From: a bacterium
GTDB taxonomy: Bacteria; Krumholzibacteriota; Krumholzibacteriia; G020349025
DNA: 64,000 nucleotides
Direction of reading: 5' to 3'
Assembly (NCBI GenBank): GCA_031362565.1
Contig: JANLSU010000003.1
Coordinates: forward strand, 32,001 to 96,000
This document shows positions 30,112-40,414 of the stretch, in pieces; the stretch's first letter is position 1; every line of letters begins with the position of its first letter. The notes beneath the pieces were generated by a model. It saw nothing but the letters and a program-made list of their open reading frames with translations. It was not told where the DNA came from and searched no databases. Position numbers and translations under genes: made by a program.

Positions 30112-31095
30112 TCAGCGCGATGTCGCCACCAGGCGTCCGAAGGCTTCCTTGAGGCCGTCGTGGAGGGCGCGTTCGTCGGCGGGCGCCCAATCCCCGTGGT
30201 CGTCACGAACGAACGACGTCTTGTCGACGCGGTTGTCGAAACGCGCCGCCGGTAGATGAAATGCCTTGCCGCGCGTCGCGACCCCCACCGTGCCGGAGCG
30301 GTCACTCGTCTCCATGAGATAGGTCATGTCGTCAGTGCCGTAGTCTTCGAGCATGACACGGCGCGGCACGCCGTGGTGCAGGATCGACGCATCACCGTCG
30401 GGGCCCGGCTTCGCACGCGCCTCGTTCTTGCGGCGCGATTCCTCCGGCGTCACCCAGATGTAGAGAATCGACGCGCGCTCCAGGATGCTGTCCGAGAGTT
30501 GCGCCAGCGAATACTGGTATCCGAGCGGTGCCGGCAGAGGCGGGGTCGCGCCATCGGGCCCGCCGCGCGCGAACTCGATCACGATCGTCTTGTTCGAGAG
30601 ATCGCGCCCGCGTTGCATTTCGGCCACCTTGTCGTCCAACAACTTGCGCGCATCGGCCTCGAGTGCATCCACGAGCCCGGCGCGCGTGCGTGAATCGAGT
30701 GTCGCGAACTTCGGCTCGGCGCCGACTTTCGCGCGCGCCGCGTCGAAGCGATCGAGCAGCCACGCCGCCGCCGCGGCCGGCGCAATCCGCGGCTGGCGCC
30801 GCAGATCCTCATAGTCCTCGTTCACCAGTTCGATGAGCGTGCCCCAATCCTTGGTGTCGATCATCGGCTCGTCGCTCGACCGGAAAAACACTCCCTCCTG
30901 GCCGCGCGCCCGCAGTTCTTCCGAGATGCGGCGCATCATGTGCACGTACGGGTAGTCGTCGAGTTGCACCGTCTCGCCGAGATGGAAGCCGTTCAGCGCT
31001 TCGTCACCCGACAGCGTCGCGAGGTACGAGCGGACCTCCGACTTCCCGGATGCAGGCAGCGCGAGCAACAAGACAAGTTCGAGGGGTCGAGCCAT
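30112..31095 (-). CDS. Uncharacterised P-loop protein (NMP-kinase-like)
   Basis: N-terminal [11 protein letters not shown]alker A-like motif, [24 protein letters not shown]. Confidence 0.75.
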   Translation of the reverse strand: MARPLELVLLLALPASGKSEVRSYLATLSGDEALNGFHLGETVQLDDYPYVHMMRRISEELRARGQEGVFFRSSDEPMIDTKDWGTLIELVNEDYEDLRRQPRIAPAAAAAWLLDRFDAARAKVGAEPKFATLDSRTRAGLVDALEADARKLLDDKVAEMQRGRDLSNKTIVIEFARGGPDGATPPLPAPLGYQYSLAQLSDSILERASILYIWVTPEESRRKNEARAKPGPDGDASILHHGVPRRVMLEDYGTDDMTYLMETSDRSGTVGVATRGKAFHLPAARFDNRVDKTSFVRDDHGDWAPADERALHDGLKEAFGRLVATSR

Positions 31096-31205
31096 GAGAG
31101 CCTCCGCGTTGAATTCGGCCTCCAGCCTAACACCAGGCGTGGCGCCGGGGTGCGAGCCCAGGTGTTGCGGGCCCCGGCGCGGCCCCCCAACCATTGCCCC
31201 AGGGG

Positions 31206-31245
31206 TTGACAGACTTGCTTCTATCGTTTATCGTCGATTAACGAT
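31206..31245 (+). promoter_or_regulatory. ars promoter with overlapping ArsR operator
   Basis: TTGACA-17 nt-TATCGT; palindrome ATCGTTTATCG-T-CGATTAACGAT at 31223-31245. Confidence 0.75.
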
Positions 31246-31636
31246 GAATACTGAACATGACATCCAAGATCGAGGCCCGAGCGGCGACGAAACCTGTTGT
31301 GGAACAAGCGCTTCCGCGTCTGCATCGCCCTCCGGGGCGGATGCGGACCTGGCGGCGCTCGCCAAGGCGCTCGGCCACCCGGTCCGCGTGGCGATCCTGC
31401 GGCACCTGCTGCAGCGGGGCGAGTGCGTCTGCGGTGACATCGTCGGGATGCTGCCGCTCGCCCAGTCGACCGTCTCGCAGCACCTCAAGGTGCTGAAGGA
31501 TGCGGGACTCGTGCGCGGCACCATCGAAGGGCCGCGCGTCTGTTACTGCGCCGACCCCGCGGCCGTGCGCCGCGTGCACGATCTCGCGCTCGCATTGTTG
31601 CCGGGCGCGATTCAACCGAGCGAACCGGGCGCGTGA
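31244..31636 (+). CDS. arsR: ArsR/SmtB transcriptional repressor
   Basis: [32 protein letters not shown]. Confidence 0.9.
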   Translation: MNTEHDIQDRGPSGDETCCGTSASASASPSGADADLAALAKALGHPVRVAILRHLLQRGECVCGDIVGMLPLAQSTVSQHLKVLKDAGLVRGTIEGPRVCYCADPAAVRRVHDLALALLPGAIQPSEPGA

Positions 31637-31673
31637 CGGGCCACTGTTGCGCTCCGATCACAGGAGGCCTCTC

Positions 31674-32477
31674 ATGTCCGACACTCTTCGACCGGCTACG
31701 AGTCCGAACGAAATCCGCACCATGGTGCGGGAGAAATACGGCGCCATCGCGGTGGGCGGCGAGTCGTGTTGCGGTCCACAGGGCGGTTGCGGCGCTGCAG
31801 CCCCCGAAACCGTTCTCGAACAAATCGGCTACACGGACGCGCAAGCGGCGGCGATTCCCGAAGGCACGAATCTCGGCCTGGGCTGCGGCAATCCGCTTGC
31901 ATTCGCCGCCGTGCAGCGGGGCGAGACCGTGCTCGATCTGGGTTCGGGCGCCGGCATCGACGCATTCCTCGCCGCCCGCGAAGTCGGGCCCACGGGCCAC
32001 GTCATCGGTGTCGACATGACACACGCCATGCTCGAAAAAGCGCGCGGCGCCGCCCTGAAGCATGGCTACACGAACGTCGAATTCCGCTTGGGCGAGATCG
32101 AACATCTGCCGGTTGCCGATGCGAGCGTCGACGTCATCATTTCGAACTGCGTCATCAATCTGTCGCCCGACAAGGCCCAGGTGTTCCGCGAAGCATGGCG
32201 CGTCCTGCGCCCGGGCGGCCGTTTCTTGGTGAGCGACATCGTGCTGTTGCGCCCCTTGGCGCCCGAGATCCGCAGCTCAGTGGAAGCCTACGTGGGATGT
32301 GTCGCCGGTGCGTCCTTGCGCCAAGACTACCTGGCGGCCATTCAAGCCGCAGGCTTCGTCGATGTCGAAGTCGTGCAGGAAAACCCGTACACCGTCGGCA
32401 CCGAAACCGCATCGCCCGAATACCGCGACGGCCTGCACTCGGTCGCCTCGGCCAAGGTGCGGGCGCGCAAGCCCTGA
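31674..32477 (+). CDS. arsM: Arsenite S-adenosylmethionine methyltransferase
   Basis: SCCG, GLGCGNP, LDLGSGAGID, ISNCVINL, GCVAGA; follows arsR. Confidence 0.93.
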   Translation: MSDTLRPATSPNEIRTMVREKYGAIAVGGESCCGPQGGCGAAAPETVLEQIGYTDAQAAAIPEGTNLGLGCGNPLAFAAVQRGETVLDLGSGAGIDAFLAAREVGPTGHVIGVDMTHAMLEKARGAALKHGYTNVEFRLGEIEHLPVADASVDVIISNCVINLSPDKAQVFREAWRVLRPGGRFLVSDIVLLRPLAPEIRSSVEAYVGCVAGASLRQDYLAAIQAAGFVDVEVVQENPYTVGTETASPEYRDGLHSVASAKVRARKP

Positions 32478-32856
32478 GGGCAGCGCGGACGTGCCGTCGC
32501 AGGTGGCAAGCGCTGCCGGCGGCGGACCTGAAACTTCTGGTGAGGAAAAGGGGCGTTCCTGGCGCCGATCCGCACTTGCGCCGCCGTCCCTGCCCCATTA
32601 TTTTGCCGGTGCCCACCTCGCCTCAATGACCTTGGTTCGCAATGCATCGAGTCCCGCATCCGGCCGGCGTGCATGTGCGCCACCGGATGTTGCGCGCGCG
32701 GCAGTGCCCCTCCACACGCCGCGCGCGCCCCTGACCACGTGCGATCGCAGTGGCCCGCGGTGCGTCGGCCGCCGCACTCTGCCGGTCCCGCGGCGCCGCG
32801 CCGCGCCGACCCCGCGGGCATTGCTGTGCACGCACATCGTCGCTAGTCTCGGCGGA

Positions 32857-33747
32857 ATGAAGACTGCGACGCCGCGCACCGAGCAGAAAATCGTCCGGCC
32901 GGCGCTTTTCATGGCCTGGGTGTGCGCCCTGCTCGCCTGCTCTGCTACCACGGCTCTGGCGGTTGCGGTCGAGCCGGCAGCACCGCTGCCGGAATTCATG
33001 CTCACCGATCGCACCGCGCGAGCTCTCGGTGTCGTCGCCGGCGACACCGTCGATGTGTCACCCGACGCGGCAATGCGCGGTGGACGCGCCTTTCGTGTCG
33101 CCGCCGTCTACCGGCCGCATGCCGACCCGTACGAGGTCGGCTTTGGACGCCGCGCCGTGCGCCTGCATCTGCCGGATCTCGAATCGCTGCTCGGCAGTAA
33201 CGACCGCGTCGACCGGTTCGTCTTGAAACTGCGCGATCCATCTCAGAGCGACGCCCTCGCCGCCGACGTCGACGCCGCCGGGCTCGGGCTGCGCGCTTAC
33301 ACATCCGGTGACCTCGCACGCCGTTCGTCCTCGACCTTCGTGGTCGTGTCGCAGTTTCACAAAGCCATCGGCTTCGTGAGTCTGCTCGCCGGGCTCGTCT
33401 TTCTCGTCGCACTCATGGTGCTCAAGTTCGAGGCGATGCGCCGCGAACTCGCGACGCTCCGCCTCATCGGCATCGCCCGCCGCACGTTGCTGGGCACCGT
33501 CGTCACTATCGCTGCCGCGGTCGCGGTCTTGGGCAGTGCGGTCGGCGTCGGGCTCGGCGCACTCGCGGTGTCGATCATCAACCCGCTGGCGCGCCACCGC
33601 TATGACAGCGACCTCGTCTTCGCGCGCCTCGACTGGGGCGTGGTTGCCCTGGCCGTTGCACTGTCGCTCCTGCTCGGTGTGTTGGCTGGACTTCTGGTGG
33701 CGCTCCGCCACGCTCGCGGCGATGTCTTGGGTCAGATCGGCAGATGA
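32857..33747 (+). CDS. FtsX/MacB-like ABC permease (short, lacks most of the N-terminal domain)
   Basis: RRELATLRLIG followed by three TM helices; start uncertain. Confidence 0.75.
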   Translation: MKTATPRTEQKIVRPALFMAWVCALLACSATTALAVAVEPAAPLPEFMLTDRTARALGVVAGDTVDVSPDAAMRGGRAFRVAAVYRPHADPYEVGFGRRAVRLHLPDLESLLGSNDRVDRFVLKLRDPSQSDALAADVDAAGLGLRAYTSGDLARRSSSTFVVVSQFHKAIGFVSLLAGLVFLVALMVLKFEAMRRELATLRLIGIARRTLLGTVVTIAAAVAVLGSAVGVGLGALAVSIINPLARHRYDSDLVFARLDWGVVALAVALSLLLGVLAGLLVALRHARGDVLGQIGR

Positions 33748-33748
33748 C

Positions 33749-34945
33749 ATGATCGGTTTCTTGGCTCGCAAAGGCCTGTTCCGGCACCGCACCCGCACCC
33801 TTCTCGCGGTCCTCGGGGTGGGGATCTCGGGCGCGCTCCTGCTCGACATGCAAATGCTCTCACGCGGCCTACAGGTGAGCCTGCAACGCGTGTTGCGCGA
33901 TATCGGCTACGAGGTACGGGTCACGCCGCGCGGCACTCTGCCCTTCGAAACCGAAGCCAGCTTCGCAGGCGGTCATGCGATCGCGGCGGCAATCGCCGCC
34001 GATCCGCGCGTCGAGCGCGTCGCACCGGTCTTGGGCGGCACCGCCTACGCGGCGCGGTCGGGCGGCAGTGCGCAACCGGTTTTCATCTATGGAATGGATC
34101 CGCCCACGGAAACTCTGTGGCGCATCACGGCCGGACAAAGCCTCGACGCCGCCACGCCCGCCGGTGCCGTGCTGAGCGTCGCGTTGGCGCGTGACCTGGG
34201 AATCGGCCTCGGCGACACGCTGTACGTGGCGCGGGGTTTTTCGGCGGCGCTCGGGATGCTCGAGACACCGCGCGCCTATACGGTCCGCGGCCTGGCCGAT
34301 TTTCGCTTCGACTTGCGCAACCAACGCAGTCTCGCCGTTCTGACCCGTGAAGCACAGACCGTGCGCGGCGCTCTCGAGCGCGATGAACTGTCGATGCTCG
34401 TCATCGCGCTGCACGACCGCGCCACGAGCGATGCCGTTGCGGTCTGGATCCGCGACCGCTTCCCGCAAGTCGAAGCCTATTCGGTGCGTGAAATGCTGGA
34501 TGCGGTCCAAGGCCAGCTCGCCTACTTCAATCTGTTCTCACTGGTCTTGGGCGGCGTGAGCTTGGTGGTGTGCGTGTTGCTCGTGGGTACCATCATCACC
34601 TTGTCGCTCGGCGAGCGTATCGGCGAAATGGCCATCCTTCGGGCGCTCGGCGTGCGGCGGCGGCGCATCGTGGGACTCGTCATGGTCGAGGGGCTGCTGC
34701 TGGTCGTGTTGTCGCTGCCGGTCGCCTTCGGCGCGGGCCGCGTCATCGCGTTCTGGCTGGACGGCATCCTGCGGCAAGCGCCGAGCATTCCGAGTGACCT
34801 GCATTTCTTCGTGCTGACGGCACGAGCGGCGGGACGCACGTTGCTGCTCCTGTTCGTCGCCGGCGCATTGGCGGGCGTGTATCCCGCCTGGCTCGTGTCG
34901 CGGCTCCGCATCGCGACGACGTTGCACCGCGAGGTGATGGGATGA
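33749..34945 (+). CDS. MacB/LolE-like ABC permease
   Basis: RTRTLLAVLGV, periplasmic domain, ERIGEMAILRALG, YPAW. Confidence 0.9.
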   Translation: MIGFLARKGLFRHRTRTLLAVLGVGISGALLLDMQMLSRGLQVSLQRVLRDIGYEVRVTPRGTLPFETEASFAGGHAIAAAIAADPRVERVAPVLGGTAYAARSGGSAQPVFIYGMDPPTETLWRITAGQSLDAATPAGAVLSVALARDLGIGLGDTLYVARGFSAALGMLETPRAYTVRGLADFRFDLRNQRSLAVLTREAQTVRGALERDELSMLVIALHDRATSDAVAVWIRDRFPQVEAYSVREMLDAVQGQLAYFNLFSLVLGGVSLVVCVLLVGTIITLSLGERIGEMAILRALGVRRRRIVGLVMVEGLLLVVLSLPVAFGAGRVIAFWLDGILRQAPSIPSDLHFFVLTARAAGRTLLLLFVAGALAGVYPAWLVSRLRIATTLHREVMG

Positions 34946-35646
34946 CGCCGTCAACCGCACCGCTACTGCCGCCGCCCGCGGCGGCACAAGACGTGGCGAA
35001 GGACTACCGGCTGGACGGCGAAACCGTCCATGCCTTGCGTGGCGTGACGATGACCGTCGCCGGCAACGATTTCGTCGCGATCATCGGGCCTTCGGGCTGC
35101 GGCAAGTCGACACTCCTGCATGTCCTGGGAGCGGTCGACGTGCCGACCGCCGGGCAACTGCGGTTCTTTGGGCGTGACGCCACGACGATGACCGACGCCG
35201 ATCGCACCGCGCTACGCTTGCGCGCTTTTGGATTCGTGTTCCAGCGCTTCTTCCTTTTGCCGATGCTCACGGCCGCCGAAAATGTTTCGCTGCCGCTCCG
35301 CGAAGCCGGTAGCCCCAAGCGCGAACGCGACGCGCGGGTGCTGGAAACACTCGACTATGTCGGCCTCGGACATCGCGCCCGGCACAAGCCCGGGCAGATG
35401 TCCGGCGGCGAACAACAGCGCGTGGCGATCGCGCGCGCCCTCGTCCACCGGCCCGGGCTTCTGCTTGCCGATGAGCCGACCGGCGAACTCGATGAAACGA
35501 CCGGCAATCAGATCGCCGCACTCCTCGAGCGCGTGCATGCGGGCGGCACGGCAGTCGTGCTGGTGACCCACAACATCGATCTCGCAGCGCGCGCCGGGCG
35601 CCGTCTCACCATGCGGGACGGCCGCATCGTGGAGGACCACTCATGA
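34942..35646 (+). CDS. ABC ATPase, LolD-like
   Basis: [33 protein letters not shown]. Confidence 0.96.
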   Translation: MTPSTAPLLPPPAAAQDVAKDYRLDGETVHALRGVTMTVAGNDFVAIIGPSGCGKSTLLHVLGAVDVPTAGQLRFFGRDATTMTDADRTALRLRAFGFVFQRFFLLPMLTAAENVSLPLREAGSPKRERDARVLETLDYVGLGHRARHKPGQMSGGEQQRVAIARALVHRPGLLLADEPTGELDETTGNQIAALLERVHAGGTAVVLVTHNIDLAARAGRRLTMRDGRIVEDHS

Positions 35647-37235
35647 TCGCGCTCCTCACCCGGCGCACGCTCGGAGACCGGCCGCGTCGCACGGCGCTCC
35701 TGCTGCTTGGATTCGGCATCGCCGTTGGGGTCATGGTGACGTTGTTGTCGATTGGCTCGGCGGTGCTCGAGCAAGCCCGCGACAAAGATCTCGTGGGCGG
35801 CGGTGATGTCGTCGTGTTGCCGCAAGGCGTCGATGTCGAGGTGCTGAAGGTGGGTGGCGCGACCGGCATGTTCTTCGCCATCGACGCGGCGCGTTTCATT
35901 TACCGACAGGTGTTGTCGGGACCACGCTTTGCACCTCGTTTGGCAGCGGTCCGAGCCCCCGCCTGGCGCGGCGAACCCAACCCACCGCCCTTGGCGGCGG
36001 CATCGCCGCTTCTGACCGGCAAGGTCGTCTATTTGCGGCGGCACGGCACGCGGGCGGCGCCGTTGCATGCGCTCGCGACCGGCGTCATTCCCAGCCTCGA
36101 CCGCGCGGTCGCGGATCCGAGTGCACACCCACGCACCGGCACATCAACACCGCAACCCGGCGCACCGGCCACTGCATTCGCTTGGCGCGATTCCCGCGCC
36201 GATTCCATGTGGATGGAACCGCCCGTCGATTCGCTCTACGACGATCTCGATCATTTCCACCGCCCGCCCCCCGGCGCGCACGATCTCGATCGCTGGGCGG
36301 AATGGCTGTACTTCAACTGCACCGAGCCGGCGTCCGGCCAGTACGCTTTCTTGAGTTTCATCGTCGCCGGCGATTGGCCCGCCGGCAAAGGACGCGCCCT
36401 GCCGCTCTTGCAAATCGTGCGGCCCGGAGAACCGCCGGCGCGTTTTGGCGCCGACTTGCCGCTCGCCACCGATGCCGTTGCGACCGATCGTGTCGACGTG
36501 CGCCTGACACCCGGCACGCGCGCTTGGTTCGAAGGTGGCGCGTGGCGGCTCAGACTCGACTACGACACGCCACGCGGCCATGTGAGTGGCGCCCTCGATG
36601 TCGAACCGCTGCGTGATCTCTACCAGCCGCCGTTCGTGATCCACGACAACCCGCAGTTCGTCTCCGGCTATGTCGTCGCCGCGGTTCGGGCCCGCGCCAA
36701 CGGCTGGATCCAGGCCGGCCCGATGCGGCTCGAATTGCGCGATGCGCCGGCCTACCACGATCACAACTGGGGTACGTGGCGCGACGTGCACTGGGATTGG
36801 GGCACGGCGAGCAGTGAGCGGTACGGACTCTTCTACGGCCGCGTCGAACATCCCGAACTGCGGCCCGGGCGCTCGGGCGCCGGACTCTTCGCGATCGTCG
36901 CCGAGGCACGTTCGCCCACCCACCGCGGCGGCTTCTGGGCGCTCTTCCGTCCCGAGACGATCGTGTACGAATGGAACATGACACCGCCACCGCTGCCGGG
37001 GGCGCCGGTCCGTATCCCGCAAGCTCTCGAGCTGCGCGGTGACTCGCTCGACATCCGCGCCCAGGTCAGCGACGTGCTCGCAACGCCACCGCGCGCCCCC
37101 GGCGATTCGCTGGTCTTCTTGCAAGCGCGCGCGTTGTTTCAAGTGCGAACGAACGTCGGCGGACAATCGCTCGCCTTCGAAGCACCGGGATTCGCGGAGA
37201 CTTTCGTACCTGGGACGCCGGCTCTGAAGCGCTGA
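35643..37235 (+). CDS. MacB-type N-terminal TM fused to AttH/CrtC-like beta domain
   Basis: RPRRTALLLLGFGIAV start; WAEWLYFN, AYHDHNWG, WDW motifs; no C-terminal FtsX helices. Confidence 0.75.
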   Translation: MIALLTRRTLGDRPRRTALLLLGFGIAVGVMVTLLSIGSAVLEQARDKDLVGGGDVVVLPQGVDVEVLKVGGATGMFFAIDAARFIYRQVLSGPRFAPRLAAVRAPAWRGEPNPPPLAAASPLLTGKVVYLRRHGTRAAPLHALATGVIPSLDRAVADPSAHPRTGTSTPQPGAPATAFAWRDSRADSMWMEPPVDSLYDDLDHFHRPPPGAHDLDRWAEWLYFNCTEPASGQYAFLSFIVAGDWPAGKGRALPLLQIVRPGEPPARFGADLPLATDAVATDRVDVRLTPGTRAWFEGGAWRLRLDYDTPRGHVSGALDVEPLRDLYQPPFVIHDNPQFVSGYVVAAVRARANGWIQAGPMRLELRDAPAYHDHNWGTWRDVHWDWGTASSERYGLFYGRVEHPELRPGRSGAGLFAIVAEARSPTHRGGFWALFRPETIVYEWNMTPPPLPGAPVRIPQALELRGDSLDIRAQVSDVLATPPRAPGDSLVFLQARALFQVRTNVGGQSLAFEAPGFAETFVPGTPALKR

Positions 37236-37275
37236 ACCACAGCCGCGTGGGGAGCATCGCGCCCTGAAACGCAGC

Positions 37276-37297
37276 GGGGCCCACTTGCGCGGGCCCC
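37276..37297. terminator. Hairpin between convergent genes
   Basis: GGGGCCC-N8-GGGCCCC; weak T tracts. Confidence 0.4.
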
Positions 37298-37338
37298 ACC
37301 GGTTCTTCAATTACAGGGTCGTTGCTGTCCTGTGAGGA

Positions 37339-37680
37339 CTAGTAGCGCCCGCCACCGCCGCCGCTACTGCGACCACCGCCACCGCCGTAACCGCCGCCAG
37401 CACCGCCGCCGCCGCCACCGCCGCCGAACGAACGCTCACGCGCTTCGCTGACAGTGATCGTGCGGCCGCCCATCTGGTAGCCGTTCAACTTCTGAACCGC
37501 GGTCTCGGCATCGGTCTGGGAACTCATTTCGACGAAGGCGAATCCGCGCGGCCGGCCGGTCTCGCGGTCCGAGATCACAGAAACGTTCTCGACCTTACGG
37601 CCGTCGCCCTCGAACAGGTTGCGGATTTCTTCTTCGGTCGCCGTAAACGGCAGGTTCCCGATGTACAGTCTCTTGCTCAT
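37339..37680 (-). CDS. RRM RNA-binding protein with Gly-rich tail
   Basis: LYIGNL (RNP2), RGFAFVEM (RNP1), poly-Gly tail; GAGGAG RBS. Confidence 0.96.
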   Translation of the reverse strand: MSKRLYIGNLPFTATEEEIRNLFEGDGRKVENVSVISDRETGRPRGFAFVEMSSQTDAETAVQKLNGYQMGGRTITVSEARERSFGGGGGGGGAGGGYGGGGGRSSGGGGGRY

Positions 37681-37916
37681 GAACTCGATCTCCTCACAAA
37701 ACAGAATACGAACCAAATCGGAACAAACTGGGGTCAGGCCTGGCTCTCCCAGCGACCCGAGCGTCGCGGACTTGCGGGCGCCTGAAAGGGCAACTTGCAA
37801 GAAACGGGCTCAGTCGCGGTCGAGCGTGAGGAATGACAGCTTGGTCGAACCGCCCGGTCGATCCGGCTGCGGTTCGGAACGGATGCTGACACCTCTCAGG
37901 CCAGATCCTGACTAAA

Positions 37917-37946
37917 AGCGTATCGACGTTTTGCGAGGTCTGTCAA
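37917..37946 (-). promoter_or_regulatory. sigma70-type promoter of RRM gene
   Basis: Minus strand TTGACA-18 nt-TACGCT. Confidence 0.55.
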
Positions 37947-38108
37947 CCCGGGGAGGTGTGGGCTGCGCGCGGCGTTGACGGCGTTTCTGGAGTCCGGACA
38001 ATGGCGCCGCCCGGGGCCCTGTTGGACCCCGGGCGGTGTCGATGTCGCCGTTGGCTGGTAGATTTCGAGGCCGCCTTCGGTGGGCGTCCACGCCCACCGG
38101 ACCCGCCC

Positions 38109-38873
38109 TTATTGCTGGTACAAGCCCTTCACCTGCGACCACGTCTTGCCTTCGACGCCGGTCGCGTTGAGTGTGAGGGCAATGTCGATATTCGAGTACG
38201 TCACGCCGGGCGTGATCTCGACGTTGACGGCGCGGCTCGTGCCGATCGGTTCGCCATCGTCGTGCACCAGGTTGCCGTTCACGTCCATATAGGCGGTCAC
38301 GAAGTACTCGCCGCTCTGCAGCGCGAACGATTGGTAGGCCCCAGGCGCCGTCATCGTCGCCGGGATGCCACGCACGTTCAGGAATTCGAGATCCGGTCCC
38401 AGATGCGGGACGATCCAGATCCGCCCGTGCTGCGGACCGCCGTATGTGACCTTGCCGAGGAGTTCGGCCGCCAAGTTGACCTGCTGCAGCGTGATGTCAA
38501 CTCCGGTGACACTTTGGCCGCCGGACACGACGATGCGCTGCGGCAGCGGGCTCCCGAAGAAGCCCACCGGCTCACCGCGGCTCGGGATGAGATTCGCGTT
38601 GATATCACGATACGCGAGCACGAAGTACGTCCCGTCCGACAAACCGTCCACTTCCCAGTGCCCCGCGTTCGAGCGCACATCGCTCGCTGCCAGGGGATCG
38701 ACGATCCCAAGGCGAATGACGAACACGTAGTACAGGCCATGTCCGCCGCCACTGTTGATGATGTTGCCGCTCAGCTTCGCCGCATTGGCAGTACCCGCGA
38801 CGAGCGCGAGCATGCAAGCGGCGGCGATGCCCAGGCGGACCCTGCGGCTGCCGCGCATGAAACGATTGTTCAT
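38109..38873 (-). CDS. Secreted protein with two transthyretin/Ig-like repeats and TWSQVKGLY tail
   Basis: Signal peptide; repeats GTYFVLAYRDINAN..GEPVG and GEYFVTAYMDVNGN..GEPIG. Confidence 0.8.
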   Translation of the reverse strand: MNNRFMRGSRRVRLGIAAACMLALVAGTANAAKLSGNIINSGGGHGLYYVFVIRLGIVDPLAASDVRSNAGHWEVDGLSDGTYFVLAYRDINANLIPSRGEPVGFFGSPLPQRIVVSGGQSVTGVDITLQQVNLAAELLGKVTYGGPQHGRIWIVPHLGPDLEFLNVRGIPATMTAPGAYQSFALQSGEYFVTAYMDVNGNLVHDDGEPIGTSRAVNVEITPGVTYSNIDIALTLNATGVEGKTWSQVKGLYQQ

Positions 38874-39288
38874 CTGTTGCTCCGAACGACATCCAAACAA
38901 CGACACTCGGCGACCGAAGCAGCAGCGCTTCGTCGCGAACTCGGCCGCGACATCGACCGTACTGGGGGGCGTTTGCGAAGGAACCTTGCGGGGGGCGGAC
39001 ACTCGTGTGTCCTTCGCGGATGCGCGAAGTCTACCACTCCACGCGCATTCGCGCTACGGGCAATCCACCAGAAATGTGCGTTCGACATGCCGCACGTGTG
39101 TGTGACGCGATGCCAATGGCCCGTTTTCGGGGCTTTTTCCCCACTCGGACGCCACATTCACGTCAATTGGTGTGTTACGGTTCGCGGATGGAGCCCGATC
39201 ACAACGTCCAAATGCTGTGGCTGCGCCGAAGCGAAGGCGCGGGGCTCGATCCGGCGCTCCGGCCCGGCGACCGGCTCGAGGAAATCCC

Positions 39289-39783
39289 ATGACGCCGGCG
39301 GCCGCGACGACGCTCTCCATCCAACACGCAAAGGGGCGGGGCCGCCTCGAATGCGACCAGTGGTTGGCGCGGCCGCGCGACGAACTGTTCCCGTTCTTCG
39401 CCGACGCGCATAACCTCGAGCGCATCACGCCGCCGTTGGTGCGATTTCGCGTCACCGGCATGAGCACGCCGCAGATCATGGCCGGCACTCTCATTCACTA
39501 CCGGTTGCGATTGCACGGCCTGCCGATCGCGTGGACGAGCCGCATCGATCGCTGGGAACCGCCGCTCCGTTTCGTGGATCTGCAAGTGCGCGGTCCGTAC
39601 CGGATCTGGCATCACACGCATGAATTCGAGCCTGAACGCGGTGGCACCCGCATTCGCGACCGGGTCGACTTCCAACTGCCGCTGCCGTTCTTGCATCACA
39701 CCCCGGTCGCACGCCTCGTCGACGCCGACCTGCGGGAGATTTTCACCTACCGCCAGCGCATCCTCGCCGAACTCTTTGCTTGA
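39289..39783 (+). CDS. SRPBCC family protein
   Basis: FFADAHNLERITPP, FVDLQVRGPY, WHHTHEF, IFTYR. Confidence 0.9.
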   Translation: MTPAAATTLSIQHAKGRGRLECDQWLARPRDELFPFFADAHNLERITPPLVRFRVTGMSTPQIMAGTLIHYRLRLHGLPIAWTSRIDRWEPPLRFVDLQVRGPYRIWHHTHEFEPERGGTRIRDRVDFQLPLPFLHHTPVARLVDADLREIFTYRQRILAELFA

Positions 39784-39898
39784 ACGCCTGGACCGCCCCT
39801 TACATTGGGAACCCTTTCGCGACCCGGACATTGAGGAACGCAGCACCGATCCGCCAAGGCGCGGCTTCACCCCATCGGGCGAAAGGATCTGCAGTCCC

Positions 39899-40408
39899 AT
39901 GTCCCAGGCAATTCGGATTCGCATCGGCATCTCGTTGGCCGTCTGGGCCTTTGCGGCCAGCGTCAACGCCCAAACCATGGACAAGAAGACTTTGACTCTG
40001 GATGGCGCCAAGAAAGTGGCCGATGCGGCCGTCATGGAAGCCAAGCGGCTTGCCGCACCAGGCGGCGCGATCGTCGTTGTCGACGACGGCGGGGCGGTCA
40101 TTCTCGTTCTGCGGCTCGACAACACGTTCCCCGCGGCAGCCAGTGTCGCGACCGGCAAAGCCCGCACCGCGGCGCAGTTCCGCCGCGCCACGAGCATTTT
40201 CGAGGACGCCATCAAGAACGGCCGCGTGTCGCTGACCGCGGTGACCGAAATGGTGCCGCTGCAGGGCGGCGTGCCGATTCTCGTCGACGGCCAGGTCGTC
40301 GGTGCGGTCGGCGTCAGTGGCGCCGCATCCGCGCAGCAGGACGAGGACATCGCGAAGGTTGCATCGGTCGCGCTCGGCAGCGGCGAAACCACGACTTCGA
40401 AGCGCTGA
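39899..40408 (+). CDS. GlcG/HbpS-family heme-binding protein, exported
   Basis: VVDDGG, KARTA, GGVPI, GAVGVSGA; signal peptide. Confidence 0.9.
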   Translation: MSQAIRIRIGISLAVWAFAASVNAQTMDKKTLTLDGAKKVADAAVMEAKRLAAPGGAIVVVDDGGAVILVLRLDNTFPAAASVATGKARTAAQFRRATSIFEDAIKNGRVSLTAVTEMVPLQGGVPILVDGQVVGAVGVSGAASAQQDEDIAKVASVALGSGETTTSKR

Positions 40409-40414
40409 AAGGTG

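Noticed and set aside
37345..37430. GCC/ACC tandem repeats
   Set aside because: They encode the poly-Gly tail of the RRM protein.
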